Assembly (NCBI RefSeq): GCF_008000775.2
Contig: NZ_CP042905.2
Span: 1,530,001-1,562,000, forward strand
DNA length: 32,000 nucleotides
Origin: Promethearchaeum syntrophicum
GTDB lineage: Archaea; Asgardarchaeota; Lokiarchaeia; Sigyniarchaeales; Promethearchaeaceae
Direction: 5' to 3'
In this document: in pieces, positions 9,101 through 18,929 of the stretch
Numbering within the stretch: position 1 is the first letter of the stretch
Layout: each line of letters begins with the position of its first letter
Notes under the pieces: model-generated
Seen by the model: the letters and a program-made list of their open reading frames with translations, nothing else
What the model was told of the DNA's origin: nothing
The model's database searches: none
Translations under genes and position numbers: made by a program

Positions 9101-10291
9101 ATGAAACAGTTATTAGATGAGGATGATAGGAAAACGCTGAATTGTCTTGGTACACATATTTCTTCCCAAGATATTCAGAAAAATAGACTTTATTTGACTT
9201 ATTATACTGCTAATGGATTTGTAGATAAAATATTTCTTTGGGGGTTAGCTAGAACCGCTTTTTCGAAATATGATGATTTTGTTTTCAAAAATAGAAGCAG
9301 ACCTCGCATAATCGATATAACATCTTATAGCAAGATAAAAATTTTGAAAAAGTTGGAAAATTTTCCTTATTTAGAGTCTCTTGATATACACCCTTTTTTC
9401 AAATCAACAGACTCGTTAGAATTAATTGGAAATCTCAAAAATCTTAAACGTTTATTTATTTTCAGCTATAACCCAATAAGAATTCCCGATTCAATAGGTA
9501 ATCTTTTGGGGATTACTGATTTGGGAATTACTATAACACAAAAACCATTCCACCTCCCAAAAACTTTTAAAAATCTTAAGAACGTTGAAAAATTTAGTAT
9601 TAGATCGGGTATTTCTAAATTTCCTAATAGCCCAAGTCTTAAGAATTTCCCTGAATTTATATTAAATTTTAAGAAATTAACACATCTTAGTCTAAGAACG
9701 AATTCTTTAACTTCGCTCCCGCAATCCATTGGGAACCTCCGAAATCTTCGAGAAATGAATTTATATAACAATGAATTATCATCCCTCCCACATTCCATCA
9801 AAAACCTTAAAAATCTCACCCGCCTAAACATCGGAAGGAATAATTTTACCCGAATCCCAGAAAATATCAAGCATTTAAAAAATCTCGAATCAATCGATAT
9901 AAGTTATAACCCGTTTGTGTCTCTTGAATCTTTTAGATATCTTTTTTTCAATCCCGCCTTAACAATTATAAGCGATTTTGCTAGTTCTAAAAATTATAAA
10001 TTGTCAATTGGTGGTCTTACTATTCCAAAAGAAGTAAAAAACTATTGGCATGAAAAAAATTATGAAGGAATCATGCAATATTATACTCCACCCATTATTG
10101 AAATCGCTCAGAAATATGCCCATAATCCTAAATCCTTAACTCATCATGAATTGAAACGCCTCGAAACCGAGGTCACTGAAAAAGAGCGCAGAATTTTAGA
10201 ATTAACTTTACCAAAAAACGATCCAATTTTAAGAATTATAAATGAAAAATTAAAAATCGAGTTATCTAATGGATTTGGATTAATGAGATAA
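9101..10291 (+). CDS. Leucine-rich repeat (LRR) protein
   Basis: There are about 8 tandem 22-24-aa LRRs. One example is LTHLSLRTNSLTSLPQSIGNLRNLREMNLYNNELSSLPHSIKNLKNLTRLNIGRNNFTRIPENIKHLKNLESIDISYNPF (LxxLxLxxNxLxxLPxxI). Non-LRR N- and C-terminal regions flank the repeats. Confidence 0.85.
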   Translation: MKQLLDEDDRKTLNCLGTHISSQDIQKNRLYLTYYTANGFVDKIFLWGLARTAFSKYDDFVFKNRSRPRIIDITSYSKIKILKKLENFPYLESLDIHPFFKSTDSLELIGNLKNLKRLFIFSYNPIRIPDSIGNLLGITDLGITITQKPFHLPKTFKNLKNVEKFSIRSGISKFPNSPSLKNFPEFILNFKKLTHLSLRTNSLTSLPQSIGNLRNLREMNLYNNELSSLPHSIKNLKNLTRLNIGRNNFTRIPENIKHLKNLESIDISYNPFVSLESFRYLFFNPALTIISDFASSKNYKLSIGGLTIPKEVKNYWHEKNYEGIMQYYTPPIIEIAQKYAHNPKSLTHHELKRLETEVTEKERRILELTLPKNDPILRIINEKLKIELSNGFGLMR

Positions 10292-10342
10292 GAATTCTTT
10301 CATTAAAAAAAAAATTGTGTGTAAAAGAAAATTTAATTTATT

Positions 10343-11158
<816 letters not shown>

Positions 11159-11420
11159 TCAATAATTCTGTATATTCTATTTTTTTAAAAAAATACCCTA
11201 ATGAGTTTTTTTTCAATTTTTTGTGTTAATTTTCTTTTATTTCGAGTCCCTTTATTTTTTTAGCAAAAATATTCCGAGGAACGATAATACCTAGAAAAAA
11301 AACCTAATTAAAATTAACTAAAATAATGATATTAATGAAAACATGGAAATTTTGAGCAAATTGAATAAATTGAAAATTTAATATTAGAATAAGGCAATAA
11401 TATTATTATAAGAAGGTTAC

Positions 11421-14387
11421 GTGTTAGAAATGCCCGTTGACGAAACACTACAAAATTTGGCTTTTGAATTAACTGATGAAGCCGAAAGTTATTTAGACAA
11501 TGGAAATTACTCAGAAGCGATTCTAAAATTCCAACAAGCCCTGGATTTATTTCAAAAAGCTGGTTTAGATGCTATACAATTTGAAAAAGCACGACAGATG
11601 ATTTTGAAACGTCAGAAAAAAGCGATGGATCTGGATCAAGATAGTAAAAAAAAAAAAAGTATAACTCAAAATAAAGATGTTTCTGCACCTATATCGACTC
11701 CACCAACTGGAGAGCAAGATTTGGTGAATGATGGGCTTGATCTTTTGGAAGAAGCGGAGGAATTACTCGATGCAGGAAGATATAATGAAGCAGTTCAATA
11801 TTTCTATTCTGCCTCAGAAATTTTAAAAACAGCCGGGTGGACTCAAGAGCAGTTAACAAATATTAAAAATGTTGTAGATACCATTTTAGAAATGTTAGGG
11901 CAATCTGGACAGTCAGCACAACCCTTGAGTGTTAGAAGTCAAGAATCAACTCAAGCCAAACCTATGTTTGTGCCTACATTTATGAAAACTGATCAAAAAG
12001 ATATTATTGATCCCAGTTCTAAACAAGGACAACCGAGGGTTTCTCAACCATATATTCCCAGTTATCTAAAAGTTTCAGGCAAACAACCTGATTTTATCCC
12101 TGAACAAGAGAGGAGACACCCAAATCAGCAAACCCAAGCCGGGTACCAACCATCTTTTCTGAAATCGGGACAAAAAGATTATACTCCCCAAGAAAAATCG
12201 AAAAATCAAACAGGTAGAACAAGATCTGATGGGCAATATATTCCTACGTTTGCTAAACAAGAACAAGAATCTGCTCAATTCGATGGCACTAGCGTGAAAA
12301 AAGCATTAAGTCTCGCTTCAGAAGGGAAACCTTTTGATTTTAGTGAAATTTCTTCAGAACCCCATGAAGGCGAGCCTGCATCTATATCTTCTCCAAAAAT
12401 TGATCAAAAATTATCACCCAATACTCCAATGTTCATAATTGTTGAAAAACGAAAATCGGTGGAAAAAAAAACACAAGATATTATGAAATTGTTTAAAGAA
12501 AAACAAGAGACCCAACAAGCAAAGTTACAATCCGTCTTTGATATTATTGATAAAATTCGTGATAACGAACAAGATCGTAAATTCAATTTAGCTATTTCCC
12601 AATTAAACAATAGCATTGAAAAAATTAAAGAAATTCCGGGTTGGACTGATCAAGCCACAGTTCTTTATGCATGGTTGATTGTTTTGAAAGAAAAACAAAG
12701 GATCAATTTTGATCCCAGGGATGAAAATGTTATATTTGATTTTGGAAAAATAAGAAGTGAATTCAATAAAATAATGGAGGACTCATTAGCTCTTTCTTCT
12801 AGCAGTGAGGTAACGATTTCATTTAATGATCTAATTAACCAAGAATTAACCGCTGAACAACTCTACAAAAGCAAAATTGAAAATGAAGCTGAAATCCAAG
12901 GGATAATTTCTCAACTTCTAGTAGAAGGGAAGAACCTTGCTGATAAAGAGAATTTTGTAGAATCTATCACGAAATATAACAAAGCCTCCTTACTTTTTAA
13001 TAATTTAGAGTGGTATGAGCAAATCAAACAGATTAAAGAGATCATTGAAGAATTAGCAGTAATTCAAAAAATTAATGATCAAGTGTTAATAAAAGTACAA
13101 GGTAAATCGATTGAAGGGTTAGAAGCGAAGCAAATTAAATCTGCGGTGGCTAAAAATTATAAAAACCGCCAAGAACGGATTGCTTATTTAGAAGATCAGA
13201 AAGGAAAACAACATACGGTTCAAGATGAAGCATTTTCAATGATTAATAAAGCGGAAAAATTGTTTCATTCGCAAAATTATGACGAATCAATCGGATTATA
13301 TAAAAAAGCCGTAAACTTACTCTTAACCGTTGGTTGGGAATCACAGATACCAACTATCCATGATCGAATTTCGGAAATCAGGTATGAACGGGATAAATTT
13401 ATTCTCCAAGTTCAGAAAGCTTATCAAGATGAGCTTGATCGAAAAGAAGAAACTCAAAAATTGCAGGATCAATTCCAGCAACTAATTCAAGAGAAGATTG
13501 AAGAAGGACCTCCTGAACAAACTGTCGTTAAAGAAGACGCTCAACAAGATTATGAAGTACACCGGCAAAAATTGGAAAGTGTTCAGAAAAGAATTACCAC
13601 TTTATTAGAATCCGCGGATAATTATTCAAATGTCCATCAATTTTCTCAAGCGTATGAAACCATAGCAGAAGCTAAGACTGTTATGCTCGAACACAATTGG
13701 AAAGATCAATTATCCTTTTTAGAGAATTTTTCTTTAAGAATCAAACATGAAGAAGAATTATACAAGAAAAAATTACAATTAGAACAAGCAAACGAACAAA
13801 AAGTTTTACAAAACCAATTAGAATTTGAAAACTTTCTTAATGAACAATCACAGATAATTGAAAAAGAACGCGCTGAAAAACAAGCAAAATTAATGCAATT
13901 CCAATCAAAACAAAAAGAACAACATCAAATACGAGAAGACGCGTTTAAATACATGGAAGAAGCCGAAACTGCTATGGCTAAAAATCAATATGAAAACGCT
14001 ATCGATTTATATCAACGAGCAAATCAACTATTTCTAGAGATTGGATGGAATATTGACATTAACTCTCAAATTCAAAAAGTAGCTCAAGAAAAATCCACTT
14101 ACATCCGTCATATTAAAGAACAAGAAGATAGAAAACTTGCATTAGAAAATCAAAAAAGGCAAATTGAACAAAAGAAAGAACAAAAAAAGGCGGAAGTCGA
14201 TAATGCATTCCAAGATGTTAAATCTATGTTAAGAGCGATGAAAAGCCCCGTAAAACAAGAAGAAGAAATCGAAAAAGCGAAAAAAGTTAAAGCAATTTCC
14301 GCCAAAGAAGAAGCTGAAGCAAAAGCAAAAGCAAAAAAAGAATTAAGCGATTTTAGAGCAATGATTAAAAAAACGGCAAAGAGATAA
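11421..14387 (+). CDS. Large coiled-coil protein (988 aa) with seven MIT/TPR-like helical modules and a Q/P-rich linker
   Basis: A 2.97-kb open frame. The track start at 11421 is GTG and the ATG is at 11430. Seven approximately 55-aa modules share the pattern A..L..A..(L)...(N)Y.EAI..Y..A..L....GW. They are separated by E/K/Q-rich coiled-coil stretches. Confidence 0.8.
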   Translation: MLEMPVDETLQNLAFELTDEAESYLDNGNYSEAILKFQQALDLFQKAGLDAIQFEKARQMILKRQKKAMDLDQDSKKKKSITQNKDVSAPISTPPTGEQDLVNDGLDLLEEAEELLDAGRYNEAVQYFYSASEILKTAGWTQEQLTNIKNVVDTILEMLGQSGQSAQPLSVRSQESTQAKPMFVPTFMKTDQKDIIDPSSKQGQPRVSQPYIPSYLKVSGKQPDFIPEQERRHPNQQTQAGYQPSFLKSGQKDYTPQEKSKNQTGRTRSDGQYIPTFAKQEQESAQFDGTSVKKALSLASEGKPFDFSEISSEPHEGEPASISSPKIDQKLSPNTPMFIIVEKRKSVEKKTQDIMKLFKEKQETQQAKLQSVFDIIDKIRDNEQDRKFNLAISQLNNSIEKIKEIPGWTDQATVLYAWLIVLKEKQRINFDPRDENVIFDFGKIRSEFNKIMEDSLALSSSSEVTISFNDLINQELTAEQLYKSKIENEAEIQGIISQLLVEGKNLADKENFVESITKYNKASLLFNNLEWYEQIKQIKEIIEELAVIQKINDQVLIKVQGKSIEGLEAKQIKSAVAKNYKNRQERIAYLEDQKGKQHTVQDEAFSMINKAEKLFHSQNYDESIGLYKKAVNLLLTVGWESQIPTIHDRISEIRYERDKFILQVQKAYQDELDRKEETQKLQDQFQQLIQEKIEEGPPEQTVVKEDAQQDYEVHRQKLESVQKRITTLLESADNYSNVHQFSQAYETIAEAKTVMLEHNWKDQLSFLENFSLRIKHEEELYKKKLQLEQANEQKVLQNQLEFENFLNEQSQIIEKERAEKQAKLMQFQSKQKEQHQIREDAFKYMEEAETAMAKNQYENAIDLYQRANQLFLEIGWNIDINSQIQKVAQEKSTYIRHIKEQEDRKLALENQKRQIEQKKEQKKAEVDNAFQDVKSMLRAMKSPVKQEEEIEKAKKVKAISAKEEAEAKAKAKKELSDFRAMIKKTAKR

Positions 14388-14441
14388 AACAAAATAGTAA
14401 GAGTGACTTAGAGATACAAGAAGAGAATAATTAGACGTGAT

Positions 14442-15380
14442 TTGCCCTTGAACGATCAAATATTGCGGGTTACAATTATTACATCCACCGAAGATATTGC
14501 ATCCCAAACCATCCGAAGTAAATTATTGGAGCTTTATCCTTTCAAATTACAGAAGGATCTTGGCAAATGGAACAAAAATACTTTTAATAGTGTATTCAAA
14601 TATATTCATACAAATCCAGATTTCCCGTCGATTGAATTTTCCCTAATTGATACCGATATCTCGATGATTAGGCTTGATGATTATCTTTCCCCTGATGATA
14701 TGTTTGGAGATCTGATCATATTTGCAAGCCGTCACCAATCCAAAAGTGAACGAACTGCATTATTATGCCATACTCCGGGAAATTTGAATGAGGATAATTC
14801 TGCTGGTGGGGAACCTTTCAAAATTGCAAAGGGAAGCGGATTACTCTCGTATTATTGTTACAGCCATTTAGTAGATTTAGTGCAAAAAGAGGAACATTAT
14901 GATGTTCCCGTAAATCATGAGGTGACTCATCATGGGCCGACAAAATTCATTCAACCAAGCATTTTTATCGAACTGGGGAGCACCGAAGTGGGTTGGAAAA
15001 ACGAAACAGGAGGAAAAATTATCGCCCACGCAATTTTTAGTACCTGCTGCAATTTATCTCAAAAACATTATAGGGCAGGTAAATGGCACAAACATGATAT
15101 CAGGGTAGGAATTGGATTTGGTGGGGGACATTATATGCCAAGTTTCTCTTCATGCATTGAGAATATGATCGGTTTTGCCCATACTGTCTCAAAACATAAG
15201 GTATTTGATTTAACTATCAAAATGATCCAACAGATTCTTGATCGCACACTGGAAACGATCGATTACTGGGTGATTGATTGGAAAGGGCTTAAATCCGCAG
15301 AAAGATTGCATGTCCTTTCATTGTTAAAAAATTTCGATTCGATTCCGTATAAAAAATCAAAAGAACTAAGACAAAATTGA
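14442..15380 (+). CDS. dtdA: D-aminoacyl-tRNA deacylase, archaeal type (DTD2)
   Basis: IIFASRHQSKSERTALLCHTPGN, HEVTHHGPT, PSIFIELGSTEVGW, GIGFGGGHYMP and VIDWKG match the conserved blocks I remember from Pyrococcus DTD2 (IAFASRHSS, YEATHHGPT, PSFFIEIGSSEEEW, GIGGGHYAP, YVDWKG). The track start is TTG and no early ATG exists. Confidence 0.85.
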   Translation: MPLNDQILRVTIITSTEDIASQTIRSKLLELYPFKLQKDLGKWNKNTFNSVFKYIHTNPDFPSIEFSLIDTDISMIRLDDYLSPDDMFGDLIIFASRHQSKSERTALLCHTPGNLNEDNSAGGEPFKIAKGSGLLSYYCYSHLVDLVQKEEHYDVPVNHEVTHHGPTKFIQPSIFIELGSTEVGWKNETGGKIIAHAIFSTCCNLSQKHYRAGKWHKHDIRVGIGFGGGHYMPSFSSCIENMIGFAHTVSKHKVFDLTIKMIQQILDRTLETIDYWVIDWKGLKSAERLHVLSLLKNFDSIPYKKSKELRQN

Positions 15381-15387
15381 TAATCTA

Positions 15388-15396
15388 TTTTTTTTT
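15388..15396 (+). terminator. Oligo-T run (T9) downstream of dtdA, an archaeal-type termination signal
   Basis: A T9 run begins 8 nt after the stop codon at 15378..15380. Oligo-T tracts are the established archaeal terminator signal. Such runs also occur by chance in an AT-rich genome. Confidence 0.35.
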
Positions 15397-15561
15397 ATTA
15401 TCCAGAACTTTTTAAGAAAAATCTGATTAAATCTTTTGATTTAAAATTAATCTACGAGAAATTTATGATAGACATAAGAGATGCTATGTTTAAAAAATAG
15501 TTTAAAATGCTAATAATTTCAGAAGATACTTAGAATTTAATTAAATTTAGGATGAATCTTC

Positions 15562-18006
15562 ATGAATAATAGGAAAATTCCACGTAGTTCTTACATAAAA
15601 ATTGTCATTATCCTAATTTTATCTAACTCCTTGTGGATTTCAATTTCTTTTCAAAAACAAGATGCATTATATCAAGAAACAGAAGTTCACACTAATTTAT
15701 ATGCTCAGATTTTTAGAGAAGAGATTAATGAACGAATAAATTTAATGAAAATTTTTCAATCACAATGGGTGAATGATGATAATGAATCCAAACTCTATGA
15801 TTATGATAGATTCTTATCTTTGGCTCCTCAATTTTGGGACATATATGTGGGGATGCTAGCAATAAGCTGGATTAATATTTCTGGATATATAAAATGGGTT
15901 TATCCTGTAGTAGAGACTACACCTCCTCTCAACATTTCTGTAGTTATTAATGAAGATGGAACAATAAATGATGGGTTATATAATGCTAAAGAATCTGGAA
16001 ATGTAAGTCTCAGATTTACAACAAATTTAATTCGAGGTGGGATTGGATATACCGCGTATTATCCCCTAATTTGGAATAATTCGATAACTGGATTTTTTGC
16101 ATTTGTATTTCGATCTTCTGAATTAATTGAAGAAATCGTTTTAGGGTCGCCAGATCTCAATGATTATTCATTCAGTATTTTTGGAAATCAAACAGAATTA
16201 TATCAATTTGGGGAAATCTTTGATTTAAATTCTAAACACACCGTAAATTACAATTTATCTTTTTATGACCATTCATGGCAACTCTATTTTTGCCCAATAT
16301 CAACAAATATTCGAGATGCTTCACCGTTAGGTAACTGGCAATTATTAATTTTTGGCATTTTATTACCCTTTATTACAATTCTTGCAGAAATTATTATTTT
16401 AACTCAAAAAAGAAAAACTAGAAAGACTGTATCCGAAAAAAAAAAATTAGAAACTCAACTGAAAAGAAGTGAGAGTGATAGATTACTAATTTTGGAAAAT
16501 TTGAGGGAAAATGTTATTTATTATGATAATCCTGATTTATCAATTAAGTGGGCAAATAAAGCAGCAAAAAAAGCTTTTTCCAAAATAATTGACCATTCGT
16601 TTAAAGATGAACGTCATTGGGATATACTAAACCAGAAATGCTATAAAATTTGGTATGGAAAATCTAAAGGTTGTATTGATTGTCCAGTATTAAAAGCATT
16701 TAAAACCAGCAAAGAATCCCGATTAATAAAAAAAAGTTTAGATGGAAAAATTTGGAGTATTAATGCATTTCCAGCCTTCGATAAAAACAATAAAATCGTT
16801 GGTGTTGTTGAAGTAATGATCGATATCACTGTTCAAAACAAGATGGAAGAAAATCTTAGACATTCACAGAAAATGGATGCTGTGGGGCGTTTAGCTGGAG
16901 GAATTGCACATGATTTTAATAATTTTCTAACAGTTATCAATGGATATTGTGAATTAATATTAAACCAAATTGAAGATGAAAATCCAATACGAGAAGATTT
17001 GCAAGAAGTTAGTCATGCAGGAAAACAGGCAGCTTTTTTGACTCAACAACTCTTAAAATTTAGTAGAAAACAAATTTTCCAAACTCAAATATTAGATTTA
17101 AATGAAATAATTGCAAATATGAATAAAATGTTAACCCACTTAATCGGAGAAAATGTCGAATATAATTCCAATTTGGGCTTTGGAGAGTATAAAATTGAAG
17201 CAGATCCAAACCAAATTGAACAAATTATTATGAATCTCGTAATTAATGCTCGTGATGCAATGCCAAAGGGAGGGATACTTACGATTGAAACCCAGAATAT
17301 ATTTTTGGATGAAGATTCAGCCACAAGTTATCCATTTTTAGTTGATCCTGGTATGTATGTTTTAATTATTATTTCAGATACAGGCATTGGAATGTCCGAA
17401 GAAATTCGAGAACACATTTTTGAACCATTTTTTACCACAAAACCTCAGGGAAAAGGGACAGGACTCGGATTATCTACAGTTTTTGGCATTGTAAAGCAAT
17501 CCAATGGATTTATTACCGTACATTCTGAACTGGGAAAAGGTACACAGTTAAAGGTATATTTACCGCAAGTTAATAAACCCATTGTAGAACTTAAAAAAGA
17601 AGAATCCATATTAGTTGGATTTGAAGGCCACAAGACAGTATTATTCGTTGAAGATAATGATTTGATTTTAAAATATTTAAAAAAAATATTAGAATCCAAT
17701 GATCTCACTGTTTTAATAGCCAGAGATGGTATCGAAGCCATAGAGATTTTTAACGAAAATCATGATAAAATTGATCTCTTAATTACAGATATAATAATGC
17801 CAAGAATGAGTGGTATTGAATTAATAAATGATCATCTATTGCATATTGAGCCCAACCTCAAAGTTTTACTTATTTCTGGATATTCTCCAGACACAATAAA
17901 AATTCCTGAAAAAATTATCCAAGATGGCAATTTCCTACAAAAACCCTTCACTGCTTCCCAATTAATTCAAAAAATAAATTACATTTTAAGAATAAAAGAA
18001 GATTAA
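15562..18006 (+). CDS. Hybrid sensor histidine kinase (TM, extracytoplasmic sensor domain, TM, PAS, HisKA, HATPase_c, receiver)
   Basis: Two TM segments (IVIILILSNSLWISISF; LLIFGILLPFITILAEIIIL) bracket a domain of about 230 aa. The H-box is LAGGIAHDFNNFLTVINGY. The N-box is QIIMNLVINARDAM. G1 is DTGIGM and G2 is GKGTGLGLSTVFGIV. The C-terminal receiver reads VLFVEDND...DLLITDIIMPRMSG...LLISGY...FLQKPF. Confidence 0.9.
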   Translation: MNNRKIPRSSYIKIVIILILSNSLWISISFQKQDALYQETEVHTNLYAQIFREEINERINLMKIFQSQWVNDDNESKLYDYDRFLSLAPQFWDIYVGMLAISWINISGYIKWVYPVVETTPPLNISVVINEDGTINDGLYNAKESGNVSLRFTTNLIRGGIGYTAYYPLIWNNSITGFFAFVFRSSELIEEIVLGSPDLNDYSFSIFGNQTELYQFGEIFDLNSKHTVNYNLSFYDHSWQLYFCPISTNIRDASPLGNWQLLIFGILLPFITILAEIIILTQKRKTRKTVSEKKKLETQLKRSESDRLLILENLRENVIYYDNPDLSIKWANKAAKKAFSKIIDHSFKDERHWDILNQKCYKIWYGKSKGCIDCPVLKAFKTSKESRLIKKSLDGKIWSINAFPAFDKNNKIVGVVEVMIDITVQNKMEENLRHSQKMDAVGRLAGGIAHDFNNFLTVINGYCELILNQIEDENPIREDLQEVSHAGKQAAFLTQQLLKFSRKQIFQTQILDLNEIIANMNKMLTHLIGENVEYNSNLGFGEYKIEADPNQIEQIIMNLVINARDAMPKGGILTIETQNIFLDEDSATSYPFLVDPGMYVLIIISDTGIGMSEEIREHIFEPFFTTKPQGKGTGLGLSTVFGIVKQSNGFITVHSELGKGTQLKVYLPQVNKPIVELKKEESILVGFEGHKTVLFVEDNDLILKYLKKILESNDLTVLIARDGIEAIEIFNENHDKIDLLITDIIMPRMSGIELINDHLLHIEPNLKVLLISGYSPDTIKIPEKIIQDGNFLQKPFTASQLIQKINYILRIKED

Positions 18007-18310
18007 CAATTTCAATTCATTATATTAAAAATATTTCTTTGAAAAGATCCTTTACAGTGATTTTGATTGAAAAATGCTAAAGTCCATTGAAAATTTGCAC
18101 CTCCTTTCTTTATTAAGAAAATTTGATTTGATTCTGAATAAAGAATAAAAAAAAATTTGAAGAACTTAAGAGAACTCAGAAAAATTCAGAATAATTTGGA
18201 ATACCTTGGAAAAAGTTAAAAATTTATATGTCAATTTTGTATATTTCAATATTTGAGCTTTGAATATTTTTAGATAATGTGAAAATTTTTGAAAATAAAA
18301 GTGATGAAAA

Positions 18311-18583
18311 ATGGTAAAATTTGATAAAAAAAAGCCGACTCAAGAAGAACTTACCAAATTAGGCGTGAAAGAATGGGGGACATGGACTAAAGAAGTCAGT
18401 GAATTCCCCTGGGAATATGACAGCAAAGAAACCTTTTATGTTCTCGAAGGGGAAGCTGAAATTGCTTCTGAAGGAGAAACAATCTCATTTGGGCCAGGTG
18501 ATTTGGTTACATGTTATTCTGGACTAAAATGTACGTGGAATGTTAAAAAACCGATTAAAAAACATTATCGATTTGGTGATTAA
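18311..18583 (+). CDS. Small cupin-fold protein (Cupin_3 / DUF861-like)
   Basis: The 90-aa ORF reads WGTWTKEVSEFPWEYDSKETFYVLEGEAEIASEGETISFGPGDLVTCYSGLKCTWNVKKPIKKHYRF. This follows the single-domain EutQ/DUF861 cupin pattern: W.....F.W.Y...E..Y.LEG...v...g......aGD...fp.G....W.v....k.Y. Confidence 0.75.
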   Translation: MVKFDKKKPTQEELTKLGVKEWGTWTKEVSEFPWEYDSKETFYVLEGEAEIASEGETISFGPGDLVTCYSGLKCTWNVKKPIKKHYRFGD

Positions 18584-18586
18584 TCC

Positions 18587-18595
18587 TTTTTTTTT
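18587..18595 (+). terminator. Oligo-T run (T9) downstream of the cupin gene
   Basis: A T9 run begins 4 nt after the stop codon at 18581..18583. Confidence 0.35.
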
Positions 18596-18628
18596 CTCTC
18601 TTTATATTAATATAAAAGATATAAATAT

Positions 18629-18925
18629 ATGGTATTGTATGTATACAATATGTCATCAACAGTAAGAATTACTAAAAAAGATAAACAAGAATTAGAAAAC
18701 CTGATTAATTATCTCAATTATAAAGGAAAATCAAAAATTACTCAAGAACAAATGATTTCTCTATTAATAAACGCAGGTATTAAACGAAAACATGAACTAT
18801 TAGAACAAATTCTTAAACCTGAGAACGATTATGATTGGAAAAATGACCCAATATTTTCATTAATTGAAATTGAATTGGATGAAAATTCAAGTGAAACAGT
18901 AGACGACATAGTATACGGAGATTGA
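18629..18925 (+). CDS. vapB: Putative antitoxin (ribbon-helix-helix-like N terminus) paired with the downstream PIN toxin
   Basis: A small acidic-tailed ORF ends 4 nt before the PIN gene. STVRITKKDKQELENLINYL looks like an RHH beta-strand plus helix. An alternative in-frame ATG lies at 18650, just after a 7-bp-arm inverted repeat, and may be the true start. Confidence 0.5.
   Translation: MVLYVYNMSSTVRITKKDKQELENLINYLNYKGKSKITQEQMISLLINAGIKRKHELLEQILKPENDYDWKNDPIFSLIEIELDENSSETVDDIVYGD
18634..18649. promoter_or_regulatory. Inverted repeat ATTGTAT-GT-ATACAAT abutting the vapB start region (candidate autoregulatory operator)
   Basis: The 7-bp arms are perfectly complementary. The repeat lies between the two candidate ATGs (18629 and 18650). 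A 12-bp palindrome TATATTAATATA at 18603..18614 lies about 30 bp upstream in a TATA-like context. Confidence 0.3.
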
Positions 18926-18929
18926 AAAG

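Noticed and set aside
9466-9870. 134-aa minus-strand ORF inside the LRR gene
   Set aside because: It is antisense to a clear LRR periodicity. Repeats keep the opposite frame open, and the translation is R/F/L-rich with no motif.
12075-14392. Minus-strand ORFs 12075..12278, 12404..12616 and 14150..14392
   Set aside because: They are antisense to the 2.97-kb repeat-protein frame. The K/E/Q-rich sense codons give F/L/S-rich stop-poor antisense frames.
16641-17741. Three minus-strand ORFs inside the histidine kinase gene
   Set aside because: The sense frame carries the complete H, N, G1, G2 and receiver motifs. The antisense frames have no features.
18007-18310. Recurrent TTGAAAA-like words in the gap upstream of the cupin gene
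   Set aside because: The copies are short, irregularly spaced and degenerate in a region of about 80% A+T. This is expected by chance.
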